This document shows, piece after piece, positions 1 through 9,486 of a DNA stretch of 64,000 nucleotides (the first letter of the stretch is position 1; every line of letters starts with the position of its first letter). The stretch lies in the sequence record ON540300.1; one strand, given 5' to 3'. The notes beneath the pieces are model-generated. The model was not told the origin of the DNA. It ran no database searches and saw nothing but the letters and a program-made list of their open reading frames with translations. The translations under genes and the position numbers were made by a program. The stretch comes from Escherichia phage ECOH1.

Positions 1-13
1 ATCCCCCGCCAAT

Positions 14-92
14 GCTCCATTACTCCAATTGGCAGAGAGGCCAGACTTAAAATCTGTGTTATGTATCGGTTCGAATCCGATATGGAGTACCA
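14..92 (+). tRNA. tRNA with anticodon UAA (Leu-type anticodon, but short variable region)
   Basis: Acceptor gctccat/atggagt, T-arm atcgg-ttcgaat-ccgat, anticodon loop cttaaaa, encoded CCA; D-stem weak and 7-nt variable region are non-canonical. Confidence 0.5.
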
Positions 93-97
93 AATTT

Positions 98-173
98 AGC
101 GGTATAGCATAACTGGCAATGCAGCAGTCTCTGAAGCTGTCTTATTAAGGTTCAAATCCTTATGCCGCTGCCA
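98..173 (+). tRNA. tRNA-Gln (anticodon CUG)
   Basis: Acceptor agcggta/tgccgct, D-stem gcat/atgc, anticodon stem gcagt/gctgt with loop ctCTGaa, T-arm taagg-ttcaaat-cctta, encoded CCA. Confidence 0.7.
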
Positions 174-204
174 CTTCTAAGGATTCTTACGAGAGTCCTT
201 AAAT

Positions 205-280
205 GTGGCCTTATCATAAATGGTAATGACCCATGCTGTGAACATGGTCTATACGGGTTCAAATCCCGTAGGTCACCCCA
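205..280 (+). tRNA. tRNA-His (anticodon GUG)
   Basis: Acceptor gtggcct/aggtcac (7 bp), D-stem tcat/atga, perfect anticodon stem ccatg/catgg with loop ctGTGaa, T-arm acggg-ttcaaat-cccgt, discriminator C, encoded CCA. Confidence 0.75.
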
Positions 281-285
281 ATTTA

Positions 286-360
286 TAGTCCAAGTAGCTT
301 ATATGGTTAAAGCGCGTGTCTGAAAAACATGAGAAGAGGGTTCAAATCCCACTGGGCTAC
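286..360 (+). tRNA. tRNA-Phe-like (anticodon GAA), non-canonical acceptor/D junction
   Basis: Anticodon stem cgtgt/acatg with loop ctGAAaa, D-arm gctt-atatggtta-aagc, T-loop ttcaaat; acceptor pairing tagtcca/tgggcta leaves extra nucleotides before the D-stem and one T-stem mismatch. Confidence 0.45.
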
Positions 361-629
361 CAATTTCAAAGGTGCTTAATGAAAGAGATGACAGAACAAG
401 GTAAGGAGATTTTTAATCTCTTAAAAACCGGTAGAGGGTTTTCTAATCCCTTATTACTGGTGCAGCAGTTCTCGGTGGAACCGTAGCTGCCTCTACATCA
501 CTTGTAAGCTCTATTAGCTCTGTAACAGACCCTACAATAAAGGATAAACTTGTTGCTGCTGGACTTACAACAGTTCTGCTTAACAGCTTTACAACGAGTC
601 TGACAAGCACTACATCAACCACTAAGACA

Positions 630-1112
630 TTGGCAGATTACGGTCAAAAGTCCATTGATGAGTTTTCATCACGTATGCAGGTAGCAAAAGGATATTCCAA
701 TGTTATGGGTGCAGCAGGAGAGCAAGTCGGTTGCACACCATTTAGTGGTATTATGGGTGTTGCTACAGAGTACGGTCAAAAAGCTATTGACACAATTAAC
801 AGTACACTAGATGGTGTTAATGATGTATTAAGTGACTTACAAGATGCTATTGATAAAGGTCTTGATACTGTTTCTGATTTAGCTAATCAAGCTGTTAGTA
901 AGATTAATGAAGGTATCTCGAAGATTACAGCTTATGCAGATGAAGTTGTGCAGATGATTGAAGAAGAAGCTGCCCTTATTGCAGAGTACCTTAAAACGAA
1001 TATCAATGGGTTCTTAGCAGGTATCTTACCAGACTGGTTTGATGATGCTTGTAAAACTGGTGTAATTGACACTATTGCAACACCAGAAATGAAGAACGCA
1101 TTACAGAAATAA
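630..1112 (+). CDS. hypothetical protein; only available start is TTG, frame open upstream to 447
   Basis: 160-codon ORF from the track; no in-frame ATG/GTG upstream although the in-frame upstream translation is hydrophobic and protein-like. Confidence 0.4.
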   Translation: MADYGQKSIDEFSSRMQVAKGYSNVMGAAGEQVGCTPFSGIMGVATEYGQKAIDTINSTLDGVNDVLSDLQDAIDKGLDTVSDLANQAVSKINEGISKITAYADEVVQMIEEEAALIAEYLKTNINGFLAGILPDWFDDACKTGVIDTIATPEMKNALQK

Positions 1113-1113
1113 T

Positions 1114-1206
1114 GGAAGATTAACCCTAAAAGGTAAGGGAGCAGTTTGCTAAACTGCCAGTAGCTGAGAAATCGGTGTACCAGTTCAAGTCTGGTATCTT
1201 CCTCCA
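1114..1206 (+). tRNA. tRNA-Ser (anticodon GCU), type II with long variable arm
   Basis: Acceptor ggaagat/atcttcc, anticodon stem gcagt/actgc with loop ttGCTaa, 21-nt variable arm, T-arm accag-ttcaagt-ctggt, encoded CCA. Confidence 0.8.
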
Positions 1207-1210
1207 ATTT

Positions 1211-1286
1211 GAATCCGTGACAGAAATGGCTATGTACCTGTCTGCAAAACAGGTTTATAAGGGTTCGAGTCCCTTCGGATTCTCCA
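1211..1286 (+). tRNA. tRNA-Cys (anticodon GCA)
   Basis: Acceptor gaatccg/cggattc, perfect anticodon stem cctgt/acagg with loop ctGCAaa, T-arm aaggg-ttcgagt-ccctt, encoded CCA. Confidence 0.8.
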
Positions 1287-1323
1287 AGTTATTTTACTCT
1301 CTCTCAATTAAAATAATAATAAT

Positions 1324-1383
1324 GCCCTGCTATAAGTATTCTTCCTTTCGCTACCGAAGAGTATTTTTAGACAGGGCTTTTTT
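1324..1383 (+). terminator. candidate intrinsic terminator after the tRNA cluster (long imperfect hairpin + T6)
   Basis: gccctg...cagggc stem followed by tttttt. Confidence 0.45.
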
Positions 1384-1448
1384 ACAGAGTTATACTTTAT
1401 AAGAAGACTTATACAGTATGTCTCTGACGTACATTGTGGTTTCTCCTT

Positions 1449-1472
1449 GACGGTCTCTGTACCGTCTTTTTT
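1449..1472 (+). terminator. intrinsic terminator-like hairpin
   Basis: gacggt-ctctgt-accgtc followed by tttttt; immediately upstream of the RBS of ORF 1509. Confidence 0.55.
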
Positions 1473-1508
1473 AAGGAGAAACATGGTTAACTATTTGGAG
1501 AAAACATA

Positions 1509-1709
1509 ATGAGCGAGACCGTTTATAAAGAACTTTATGAAGCTAATAAGAAGCTAGAATTTATGCAGAATACTATCATGGCAATTGCAGACAGATTATC
1601 TGTAGCAACAGGTATTGATATTAAAGAAGCGTCTATGGATGCACTTCTTGACGCTGTTGATGCAAAGTTCGAAGTTAAGAAAGAAGAGACTGCTACAGAC
1701 TCTGAATAA
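1509..1709 (+). CDS. hypothetical small protein (first gene of the packaging/structural module)
   Basis: ATG with RBS ggagaaaacata; position just upstream of large terminase. Confidence 0.5.
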   Translation: MSETVYKELYEANKKLEFMQNTIMAIADRLSVATGIDIKEASMDALLDAVDAKFEVKKEETATDSE

Positions 1710-1730
1710 TTCTATTTGCGGAGGTGCTTA

Positions 1731-3332
1731 ATGGACTTAAATGCTGTTAAGCAGAAGCGAGTGGAAGATGTTAGGAAAGTCCTAGCTGGAGAGTTGGGGC
1801 TTTCTGATGAAGTAAAAGAAATTATCAAATCATTCGGTAAAGACCCCTCTAAATTCCTTCCAACTCAAATTCTGACTTTATTAAGATACACACCAGACCA
1901 AGTTAGACTTATCTTCAAATTGATGACTGATAAGAACTATGTAGCCCCTCAGCCGGGTTCTCAAGAGGTCTTTTTAAATACTAATGCTGACTTGGTTCTC
2001 TATGGTGGTGCTGCGGGTGCTGGTAAGACTGCTGCATTGTTGATGGATTCTTTAAGATTTATTGAAGACCCTAACTATAATGCTGTGTATTTCCGTCGAA
2101 ACACGACACAGTTACAAGGTGGTTTATGGCCTGCTGCAAAGAAACTATTTGGTAAGTTTGGTGGGGTTCCTCACGAGCAGAAGATGACTATCACATTCCC
2201 TTCTGGGGCCACTATCAAGTTTACCTACCTAGAACTTGAAAAGCACGCTGAAGGTCATCAGGGTATTGAATACTCAGCTATTTACTTTGACGAAGGTACG
2301 CACTTCTCTGCTTCACAGATTTCATACCTACAGACTCGTCTACGTTCTGGGGCTGAAGGTGATTCATACATGAAGATTTCTATGAACCCAGACAGAGACC
2401 ATTTTATTTACGATTGGGTAGAGCCATTCTTAGATGAAGAAGGTTACCCAGACCCTGAAAAGTGTGGTCGTATTCGTTGGTATGTAATGAATGATGGTGT
2501 TATGGTTTCTGATTGGGAGAGAGACAAGATTCTTGAAATGTTTCCTCTTGAGATTCCTCAAACATATACATTCATCTCTGGTACGATTGATGATAACCCA
2601 ATTCTTGACTTCTTAGAACCTAAATATCGTGGTAAGTTGGAAAACAACACCCCTGTAAACGTTGCAAGACTTCGTTTCGGTAACTGGAAGGCTCGTGCAG
2701 AAGGTTCAAACTATTGGCAAAGACAATGGTGTGAAATTGTTGATTCACTTCCAGAAGATGTATTCGATGTCAGAGCATGGGACTTAGCAGCAACTTTACC
2801 ATCTGAGATTAACCCTAATCCAGACTGGACAGCAGGTGTTAAGATGGGTAAATCTAAAAAAGACGGTTGCTATTATATCATTGATGTAGTAAGATTTAGA
2901 GATAGACCCTCTGGAGTCGAAACACAAATTAATTTGACTGCTGAAAGTGACGGTAAGCGAACTGGTATTTTTATCCCTCAAGACCCAGGCGCTGCTGGTA
3001 AATCCTACGCAACATCCCTCATCAGGAAACTTGCCGAGAAAGGTTATCGAGCAAGGGCTAAACCAACAAATAAAGATAAAGTTACCCGATTTGCGGGGTT
3101 TTCTGCTGCTTCTGAAGCTGGACTTGTAAAAGTCTTGAGAGGTAGTTGGAACGAAGCTTACTTCCAAGAACTTGAAGGTTTTTGTGGTGATGGTAAAACT
3201 AAAGATGACCAAGTGGATGCTACCAGTGATGCTTTCAACAGTCTTAACGAAGTTAAATTATTCAAGCCACCATCAATGGGTGCTCACACAGACTTAGTGA
3301 GAGGAAACCCATATGAGGGGCTTAGACGTTGA
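1731..3332 (+). CDS. terL: terminase large subunit
   Basis: Walker A-like GGAAGAGKT near N-terminus, ~530 aa, position at head of structural module; start moved to ATG 1731 with RBS ggaggtg (track start 1716 is TTG). Confidence 0.85.
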   Translation: MDLNAVKQKRVEDVRKVLAGELGLSDEVKEIIKSFGKDPSKFLPTQILTLLRYTPDQVRLIFKLMTDKNYVAPQPGSQEVFLNTNADLVLYGGAAGAGKTAALLMDSLRFIEDPNYNAVYFRRNTTQLQGGLWPAAKKLFGKFGGVPHEQKMTITFPSGATIKFTYLELEKHAEGHQGIEYSAIYFDEGTHFSASQISYLQTRLRSGAEGDSYMKISMNPDRDHFIYDWVEPFLDEEGYPDPEKCGRIRWYVMNDGVMVSDWERDKILEMFPLEIPQTYTFISGTIDDNPILDFLEPKYRGKLENNTPVNVARLRFGNWKARAEGSNYWQRQWCEIVDSLPEDVFDVRAWDLAATLPSEINPNPDWTAGVKMGKSKKDGCYYIIDVVRFRDRPSGVETQINLTAESDGKRTGIFIPQDPGAAGKSYATSLIRKLAEKGYRARAKPTNKDKVTRFAGFSAASEAGLVKVLRGSWNEAYFQELEGFCGDGKTKDDQVDATSDAFNSLNEVKLFKPPSMGAHTDLVRGNPYEGLRR

Positions 3333-3348
3333 TAGCTAGGTGAGAAGA

Positions 3349-4815
3349 ATGGCAGATATTACAGAAACACAAGAAAGCTTACCACCATTTAGAATGGGTG
3401 AAGTAGGTTCTTTGGGTCTGAAGGTTAAGAATGGAAGAATCTATGAAGAACCTCGTCAGGCACTAAGGTTCCCTGAAAGTATTAAAACTTTCCAATTAAT
3501 GATGCGTGACCCTGCTGTAGCAGCATCTGTAAATATTATTAAGATGTTTGTCAGAAAAGTCAACTGGAGATTCGTACCTCCAAAGGGAAAAGAGCAAGAC
3601 CCTAAAATGCTTGAAAGAGCAGACTTCTTTAATTCTTTAATGGATGACATGGAGCATGATTGGGCAGATTTTATTAACTCTGTAATGTCATTCTGCACTT
3701 ATGGGTTCTGTGTTAACGAAAAGGTTTATAAGAAACGTCAGGGTAAAAAAGGAAAGTATCAGTCAAAATTTGATGATGGTCTAATTGGGTGGGCTAAATT
3801 ACCAATCAGAAACCAGTCAACACTTGATAAGTGGTATTTTGATGAAGACTTTAGAAAAGTTACTGGTGTCAGACAAAATCTAAGAAATGTTTCACATATT
3901 GCTGGAGCAATTAATCTTGGAGAAAGACCACTAACAAGAAAACTTCCACGAGCTAAATTCATGCTGTTTAAGTATGATGATGAGTATGGTAACCCAGAAG
4001 GTCGTTCACCATTACTTAATGCTTATGTACCGTGGAAGTATAAAGTACAGATTGAAGAGTACGAAGCTGTTGGTGTTTCAAGAGACTTGGTAGGTATGCC
4101 AAAGATTGGTTTACCACCAGATTATCTTGATGAAAATGCAGAGCCTGAAAAGAAAGCTTTCGTACAATACTGCAAAACTGTTGTTAATGATATGATTGCT
4201 AATGACAGAGCAGGTTTAATCTGGCCTAGATATATCGACCCAGATACTAAAGAGGATATTTTTGAGTTCTCATTAGTTTCTAGACAGGGTGCTAAAGCGT
4301 ATGACACAGGTTCTATCATTGACAGATATTCTAAGCAGATTATGATGGCATTTATGTCAGATGTTCTTGCTATGGGTCAGTCAAAATATGGTTCATTCTC
4401 TCTTGCAGATTCTAAGACAAGTCTATTAGCGATGTCAGTAGATATTCTGCTGAAGCAAATTAAGAACGTAATTAACCGTGATTTAGTTGCACAGACTTAT
4501 GCTCTTAATATGTGGGATGACGAAGAACATGTACAAATCACATATGATGATATCGAAACTCCAGACCTTGAAGCAATTGGTTCTTATATTCAGAAGACTG
4601 TTGCAGTAGGTGCTTTGGAAGTTGACAAAGAGCTATCTAACAAACTTAGAGAGCATATTGGTCTCCCTCCTGCTGATGAGTCTCAGCCAGTATCTGAAAA
4701 GCTTTCTCCAAATAGCCAAAGCCGCTCAGGAGATGGTTATAAGACCGCTGGAGAAGGTACTGCAAAGACACCTTCAGCGAAAGACCCAAGCACAGCAAAT
4801 AAGGCAAATAAATAA
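3349..4815 (+). CDS. portal protein (putative)
   Basis: ~490 aa ORF directly after large terminase; start moved to ATG 3349 with RBS aggtgag. Confidence 0.6.
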   Translation: MADITETQESLPPFRMGEVGSLGLKVKNGRIYEEPRQALRFPESIKTFQLMMRDPAVAASVNIIKMFVRKVNWRFVPPKGKEQDPKMLERADFFNSLMDDMEHDWADFINSVMSFCTYGFCVNEKVYKKRQGKKGKYQSKFDDGLIGWAKLPIRNQSTLDKWYFDEDFRKVTGVRQNLRNVSHIAGAINLGERPLTRKLPRAKFMLFKYDDEYGNPEGRSPLLNAYVPWKYKVQIEEYEAVGVSRDLVGMPKIGLPPDYLDENAEPEKKAFVQYCKTVVNDMIANDRAGLIWPRYIDPDTKEDIFEFSLVSRQGAKAYDTGSIIDRYSKQIMMAFMSDVLAMGQSKYGSFSLADSKTSLLAMSVDILLKQIKNVINRDLVAQTYALNMWDDEEHVQITYDDIETPDLEAIGSYIQKTVAVGALEVDKELSNKLREHIGLPPADESQPVSEKLSPNSQSRSGDGYKTAGEGTAKTPSAKDPSTANKANK

Positions 4816-5315
4816 TGGCTGAAATTATCTCTATTTCAAATGCTACACGAGTGCATTCGTATAGGGGTGTCCTTATCATTACTGATAAGCTATCTGTAGA
4901 GGCTGGCTCAAGGGTCAGCCTTTCAGGTTATGTTAGTGATGGTGGAGTCTCTGACGTTTTCACTATTTGCAGGTTACTTGATGCACCAATGAGTGGAAAA
5001 CCGTTTATTTCAGGAAATTGTAGTGAAATTGTTAAAATTCCATTTGACAGTTCATGCCTTTTGGGTGTAAAGTTATATAACTGCGAGAATAAACGTATCA
5101 ATGTTAATAGCATTGAAGCCGCTTTCATTACCCTCGACACTGCATTTCAATCCCCAATGACAGTTAACAAAGAAACAAACAGACTTGAATACATTTTTTC
5201 ACAAAATGATTACAAAGTACTTGTCAAAGGTAAAGTATATGATATGATTGTAAATGTGGTAGATGAATCTGGTAACCATTCAACAGTCCTTAAACAAAAA
5301 GTAAGGTTTAATTAA
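4815..5315 (+). CDS. hypothetical protein (head module)
   Basis: ORF with start overlapping portal stop (translational coupling). Confidence 0.5.
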   Translation: MAEIISISNATRVHSYRGVLIITDKLSVEAGSRVSLSGYVSDGGVSDVFTICRLLDAPMSGKPFISGNCSEIVKIPFDSSCLLGVKLYNCENKRINVNSIEAAFITLDTAFQSPMTVNKETNRLEYIFSQNDYKVLVKGKVYDMIVNVVDESGNHSTVLKQKVRFN

Positions 5316-5647
5316 TGGGAACATTAACTATTGATGGTAAGAATAAAATCCTCGCCACGCTAACCCCAACGACTATTATTTTACACAATGTAGACCCAAC
5401 GGCAGACCCTACAGCAAATAAGGTTACTCAGCCAGTGGCTATTTATTTTTCTGAACCGGATAATGGCTTAATTGCCTCAGAAGACACAGTTAATATTACT
5501 GTTCCAGCTTCTGCAACGGTCTCACACTATAGCTTGTGGGATGCTAACGATAAATGCGTGGCAACTGGTGCTCTTAGCAAACCTCAATTCTTTGCTGAAG
5601 AAGGTATCTATGTTATCTCTTCAGTCTCTGTAGATTTAAACAAATAG
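5315..5647 (+). CDS. hypothetical protein (head module)
   Basis: ORF with coupled start/stop. Confidence 0.5.
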   Translation: MGTLTIDGKNKILATLTPTTIILHNVDPTADPTANKVTQPVAIYFSEPDNGLIASEDTVNITVPASATVSHYSLWDANDKCVATGALSKPQFFAEEGIYVISSVSVDLNK

Positions 5648-5658
5648 GGTGAGTAAAA

Positions 5659-7005
5659 ATGAGTTCGAATATCTTCAGACTTGCTGATAGATTATTCAAC
5701 CAACCTTTACTAGCCACTGAATCATTAGCTCACTCAGCAGCAACTTATGTGAATAACAGATTGCTGGGTGATGTCCAAGCAGCAGTAAACTTTGATAAAC
5801 CCAAAGGTGAAGCAAGAAGTCTTTTAAAAGTAAAAGATGACATTGCTATTATTCCTATTATGGGTGGTTTAACCCATCGTATGACATTCATTGATGCAAT
5901 GTGTACAGGTGGATTAAGCTCTTATGAAGGTTTGCGTAGAGGCTTTGACGAAGCTTTAGCAGATGAGTCAATTAAGACTATCGTTCTGCATATTGATTCT
6001 GGTGGTGGTGAAGCTTCAGGTTGCTTTGAATTAGCACGTCACATTATGGCTTCAAGAGGCCAAAAGAAAATTATTGCTTATGTAGATGAGTTCGCTTGTT
6101 CCGCTGCATATGCTCTTGCATCTTCTGCTGAAGAAATTATTGCATCACCAGATGCAGATGTTGGTTCTATTGGTGTAATCATGGTTCATCAGGAATTAAC
6201 TAAGGCATTTGAAAAGAATGGCGTAACAATTAACGTCATCAAAGCTGGTGAGTTTAAAGGTATGGGTTCACCATTCCAAGCACTCTCAGAAGAAAGCAAA
6301 GAAAGACTTCAAAAGAGAATTAATGATACCTACGCAACCTTTACAGGTTTTGTAGCTGAATCTCGTAATCTCTCTGAAGAAGCTGTAAAGAATACTGAGG
6401 CGAATGTTTATTCTGCTCAGGAAGCTCTTGAACTTGGTTTAATTAACTCAATCATGTCTCAAGATGATTTCTTAAATTACTTACAAGGTTCTGAAGAGGC
6501 TCCTGTAAGTTTAAACGTTAACAATTCAGGTGAAGAAATGACTGAACAAGAAAAGCAAGAACTAGAAGCTTTGCGTCTTCAGGTTGCTCAAATGAAAGCT
6601 AAAGAACAGGAAGCTGCTTTGTCAGATTTGACTAATAAGATTTCTGCTTCTGCTGAAGCTTTTGGATTTGATGCAAAAGAAGCTGCAACGACTATTTTAG
6701 GTGCTGGTCTTGATAACCCTCTGAGTGTTCTGTTTATGAATGCTATGGAAGGTGCTAACCAGAAACTTAATGAAACTATCGCATCCCATGCTTCTGCAAT
6801 GGAAGAAAAAGAATCAGAAATTACCAAGCTGAAAGAAACTGCTGGTGCTGTTCTTGAACATTCCAACGCTATGGAAGAAGTGGGTAATGACGGCGAAGCT
6901 GATTTGGTTGAAGAAGAAAAAGAACCAGCTAAGAATGCTTCCGAAGACACCGCTGAACAACGCAAACTGGCTCTCCAGAATGCTCTAAAATCTCTTATCA
7001 AATAA
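5659..7005 (+). CDS. prohead protease (S49/ClpP-like) fused to coiled-coil scaffold-like C-terminal region
   Basis: Motifs IPIMGG, DSGGGEASG, AYVDEFACSAAYALAS typical of S49-type peptidases; C-terminal half is Glu/Ala/Lys-rich and coiled-coil-like. Confidence 0.65.
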   Translation: MSSNIFRLADRLFNQPLLATESLAHSAATYVNNRLLGDVQAAVNFDKPKGEARSLLKVKDDIAIIPIMGGLTHRMTFIDAMCTGGLSSYEGLRRGFDEALADESIKTIVLHIDSGGGEASGCFELARHIMASRGQKKIIAYVDEFACSAAYALASSAEEIIASPDADVGSIGVIMVHQELTKAFEKNGVTINVIKAGEFKGMGSPFQALSEESKERLQKRINDTYATFTGFVAESRNLSEEAVKNTEANVYSAQEALELGLINSIMSQDDFLNYLQGSEEAPVSLNVNNSGEEMTEQEKQELEALRLQVAQMKAKEQEAALSDLTNKISASAEAFGFDAKEAATTILGAGLDNPLSVLFMNAMEGANQKLNETIASHASAMEEKESEITKLKETAGAVLEHSNAMEEVGNDGEADLVEEEKEPAKNASEDTAEQRKLALQNALKSLIK

Positions 7006-7016
7006 GGAACACAACA

Positions 7017-7394
7017 ATGGCATATCAAGGTTTTACTAAGTTAGGTAAAAGAGAACCTCTGAATGATATCATTCTTTGGGAACAGGTTACCCCAACAGGC
7101 CACTCTCGTAAAGAGTACACCCCACAGGCATCTACAGAATATCGTGTAGGTGAAGTTCTGAAAGCAGACGGTACTAAGGTTACAGCAGGGCAAGAAGCTC
7201 AGGCTGACTCTGTATGTATCGTTAACTTCTACGCAGACTCACAACTGTCTTATCATGGTCAGTTGAAAGTTGTTGGTATTTACCGCGACGCAGAACTGAA
7301 AGACATGCTTACTCTTGAAGCAAGCGTTGACGCTGCCGAAGTCAAGAAAGCTCTGGCTGCCAAAGGTATTGATTTCGTACCAACTGGCCTGTAA
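7017..7394 (+). CDS. hypothetical head protein
   Basis: 125-aa ORF between protease and capsid gene. Confidence 0.45.
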   Translation: MAYQGFTKLGKREPLNDIILWEQVTPTGHSRKEYTPQASTEYRVGEVLKADGTKVTAGQEAQADSVCIVNFYADSQLSYHGQLKVVGIYRDAELKDMLTLEASVDAAEVKKALAAKGIDFVPTGL

Positions 7395-7427
7395 TAAAAA
7401 TAATAAGACATTCTGGAGAATTTTACA

Positions 7428-8534
7428 ATGTTGACTAATTCTGAAAAAAGCAGATTTTTCCTTGCTGACCTGACTGGTGAAGTCCAGTCTATCCCAAATA
7501 CTTATGGGTATATTTCCAACTTAGGTCTGTTCCGTTCAGCACCAATCACCCAAACTACTTTCCTGATGGATTTGACTGATTGGGATGTTAGCTTGCTTGA
7601 TGCGGTAGACCGTGATAGCCGTAAAGCAGAGACTAGCGCACCTGAGCGTGTTCGTCAAATCAGCTTCCCAATGATGTACTTCAAAGAAGTTGAAAGCATC
7701 ACTCCTGATGAAATTCAGGGTGTACGTCAGCCAGGCACTGCAAACGAACTGACTACTGAAGCTGTAGTACGTGCTAAGAAGCTGATGAAGATTCGTACCA
7801 AGTTCGATATTACTCGTGAGTTCCTGTTTATGCAAGCTCTGAAGGGTAAAGTTGTCGATGCTCGTGGTACTCTGTACGCTGACCTGTACAAGCAGTTCGA
7901 CGTTGAGAAGAAGACTGTTTACTTCGACCTTGCCAACCCTAATGCTGACATCGACGCTTCTATCGAAGAACTGCGTATGCACATGGAAGATGAAGCTAAG
8001 ACTGGCACTGTAATCAACGGTGAAGAAATTCACGTAGTCGTTGACCGTGTATTCTTCAGCAAACTGGTTAAGCACCCTAAGATTCGTGACGCTTATCTTG
8101 CACAGCAGACTCCGCTGGCTTGGCAACAGATTACTGGTTCTCTGAGAACTGGTGGTACTGACGGCGTTCAGGCTCATATGAACACCTTCTACTACGGTGG
8201 TGTTAAGTTTGTCCAGTACAACGGTAAGTTCAAAGACAAGCGTGGTAAGGTTCACACTCTGGTTGGCATTGATGGTGTAGCAGCAACTGTTGGTGTTGGT
8301 CATGCCTTCCCTAACGTATCTATGCTGGGTGAAGCTAACAACATCTTCGAAGTGGCATATGGCCCATGTCCTAAGATGGGTTATGCAAATACACTTGGTC
8401 AGGAACTGTACGTATTTGAATACGAAAAAGACCGTGACGAAGGTATTGACTTCGAAGCTCACTCTTACATGCTGCCATACTGCACTCGTCCTCAGTTGCT
8501 GGTAGATGTTCGCGCTGACGCTCAAGGTGGCTAA
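7428..8534 (+). CDS. major capsid protein (putative)
   Basis: 368-aa ORF following protease/scaffold; highly expressed-type codon usage; position. Confidence 0.6.
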   Translation: MLTNSEKSRFFLADLTGEVQSIPNTYGYISNLGLFRSAPITQTTFLMDLTDWDVSLLDAVDRDSRKAETSAPERVRQISFPMMYFKEVESITPDEIQGVRQPGTANELTTEAVVRAKKLMKIRTKFDITREFLFMQALKGKVVDARGTLYADLYKQFDVEKKTVYFDLANPNADIDASIEELRMHMEDEAKTGTVINGEEIHVVVDRVFFSKLVKHPKIRDAYLAQQTPLAWQQITGSLRTGGTDGVQAHMNTFYYGGVKFVQYNGKFKDKRGKVHTLVGIDGVAATVGVGHAFPNVSMLGEANNIFEVAYGPCPKMGYANTLGQELYVFEYEKDRDEGIDFEAHSYMLPYCTRPQLLVDVRADAQGG

Positions 8535-8554
8535 TAAACTTAGGAGGGTTATGA

Positions 8555-9004
8555 ATGTGTTATACAGGCGACCCAGCCAATAACCCTCTTGATAGAGTAA
8601 GAATCCTCTGCACAGACACTAATAATGATGAAATTCTTATTGAGCAGTCTGTGCTAGAGTGGTTCTATCAAGAATCTGGAAAGGATGAAAAGAAAGCAGC
8701 CATCAAAGCTCTTAAATATTTACTCTTTCAAGTAGCCAAGATGGGAGATGAGAAGGTTGGTGGTGTTTACTTACGTAACTCTTCCAGATTCAAATCTCTG
8801 AAAGCTGTTTATGACGACCTTGTTAAAAGCTCTGTTTCAGGACTACCCTATGCAGGTGGTATTAACCAGTGCGACATTGATATGCGTCGTCAGAATCCTT
8901 GCTCTGTCAAGAAATACACAGAATATGGTGATGCTGCCAGATACGAAGGCAGAGATTACTGCAACCGTGTTAATGGCGTATTTATTATCGAGCGAGATGA
9001 ATAA
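8555..9004 (+). CDS. head-tail connector / head completion protein (putative)
   Basis: Position between capsid and tail genes. Confidence 0.4.
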   Translation: MCYTGDPANNPLDRVRILCTDTNNDEILIEQSVLEWFYQESGKDEKKAAIKALKYLLFQVAKMGDEKVGGVYLRNSSRFKSLKAVYDDLVKSSVSGLPYAGGINQCDIDMRRQNPCSVKKYTEYGDAARYEGRDYCNRVNGVFIIERDE

Positions 9005-9486
9005 TGGTTAAAAGGGTTATTCACCCCGCTAGAGCAAAATTAGTCGGGGCTATGAAGAACTTGCAAACGGCTAATGCTCAAGTTGGGTATTTTCAAGAAC
9101 AAGGTCAACATAGCTCTGGTTTTTCTTATCCTGCTTTAATGTATTTACAAGAAGTTATTGGGGTTCCTTCAGCTTCTGGTAAAGTATATCGTAGGTTGTT
9201 TGAAATCACTATGATGCTAAACAAACAGACCTTGTTAGAGCAGACTAAGAAGAATCTATATAAGCAACTTAGCAGTCTCAACACAGACCCTTCAAATACC
9301 TTAGAAGCATTTGCAAAGAATGCTCAAAAGGCAATTAAAAGAGGTTTTGGTAATTCTGCTATCCTCCCTCCTAACGCACCTTCCACAGTCAAGAAAAAAG
9401 GCTTTAATGCACCTCTTGTTGAGACAGGTGACTTAAGAGATAGCCTTGCTTATAAAATTTCTACTAAGAAGGGTATTAAGAAATGA
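9004..9486 (+). CDS. head-tail joining protein (putative)
   Basis: Position; coupled start. Confidence 0.4.
   Translation: MVKRVIHPARAKLVGAMKNLQTANAQVGYFQEQGQHSSGFSYPALMYLQEVIGVPSASGKVYRRLFEITMMLNKQTLLEQTKKNLYKQLSSLNTDPSNTLEAFAKNAQKAIKRGFGNSAILPPNAPSTVKKKGFNAPLVETGDLRDSLAYKISTKKGIKK

Noticed and set aside
1-11. Possible 3' end of another tRNA at the window edge (…cccccgcca)
   Set aside because: Only 11 nt are visible, so it cannot be folded.
363-460. tRNA-like hairpin with T-arm-like agggttttctaatccc
   Set aside because: No acceptable acceptor/anticodon arms and a 9-nt loop; kept only as a structured element within the finding at 447-1112.
932-1402. Track ORFs 932..1207 (-) and 1175..1402 (+)
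   Set aside because: They overlap the tRNA-Ser/tRNA-Cys genes and the terminator hairpin; better explained as RNA genes.
7536-8525. 329-aa minus-strand ORF inside the major capsid gene
   Set aside because: Entirely antisense to a well-supported, coupled structural gene; low-complexity translation and no RBS context.
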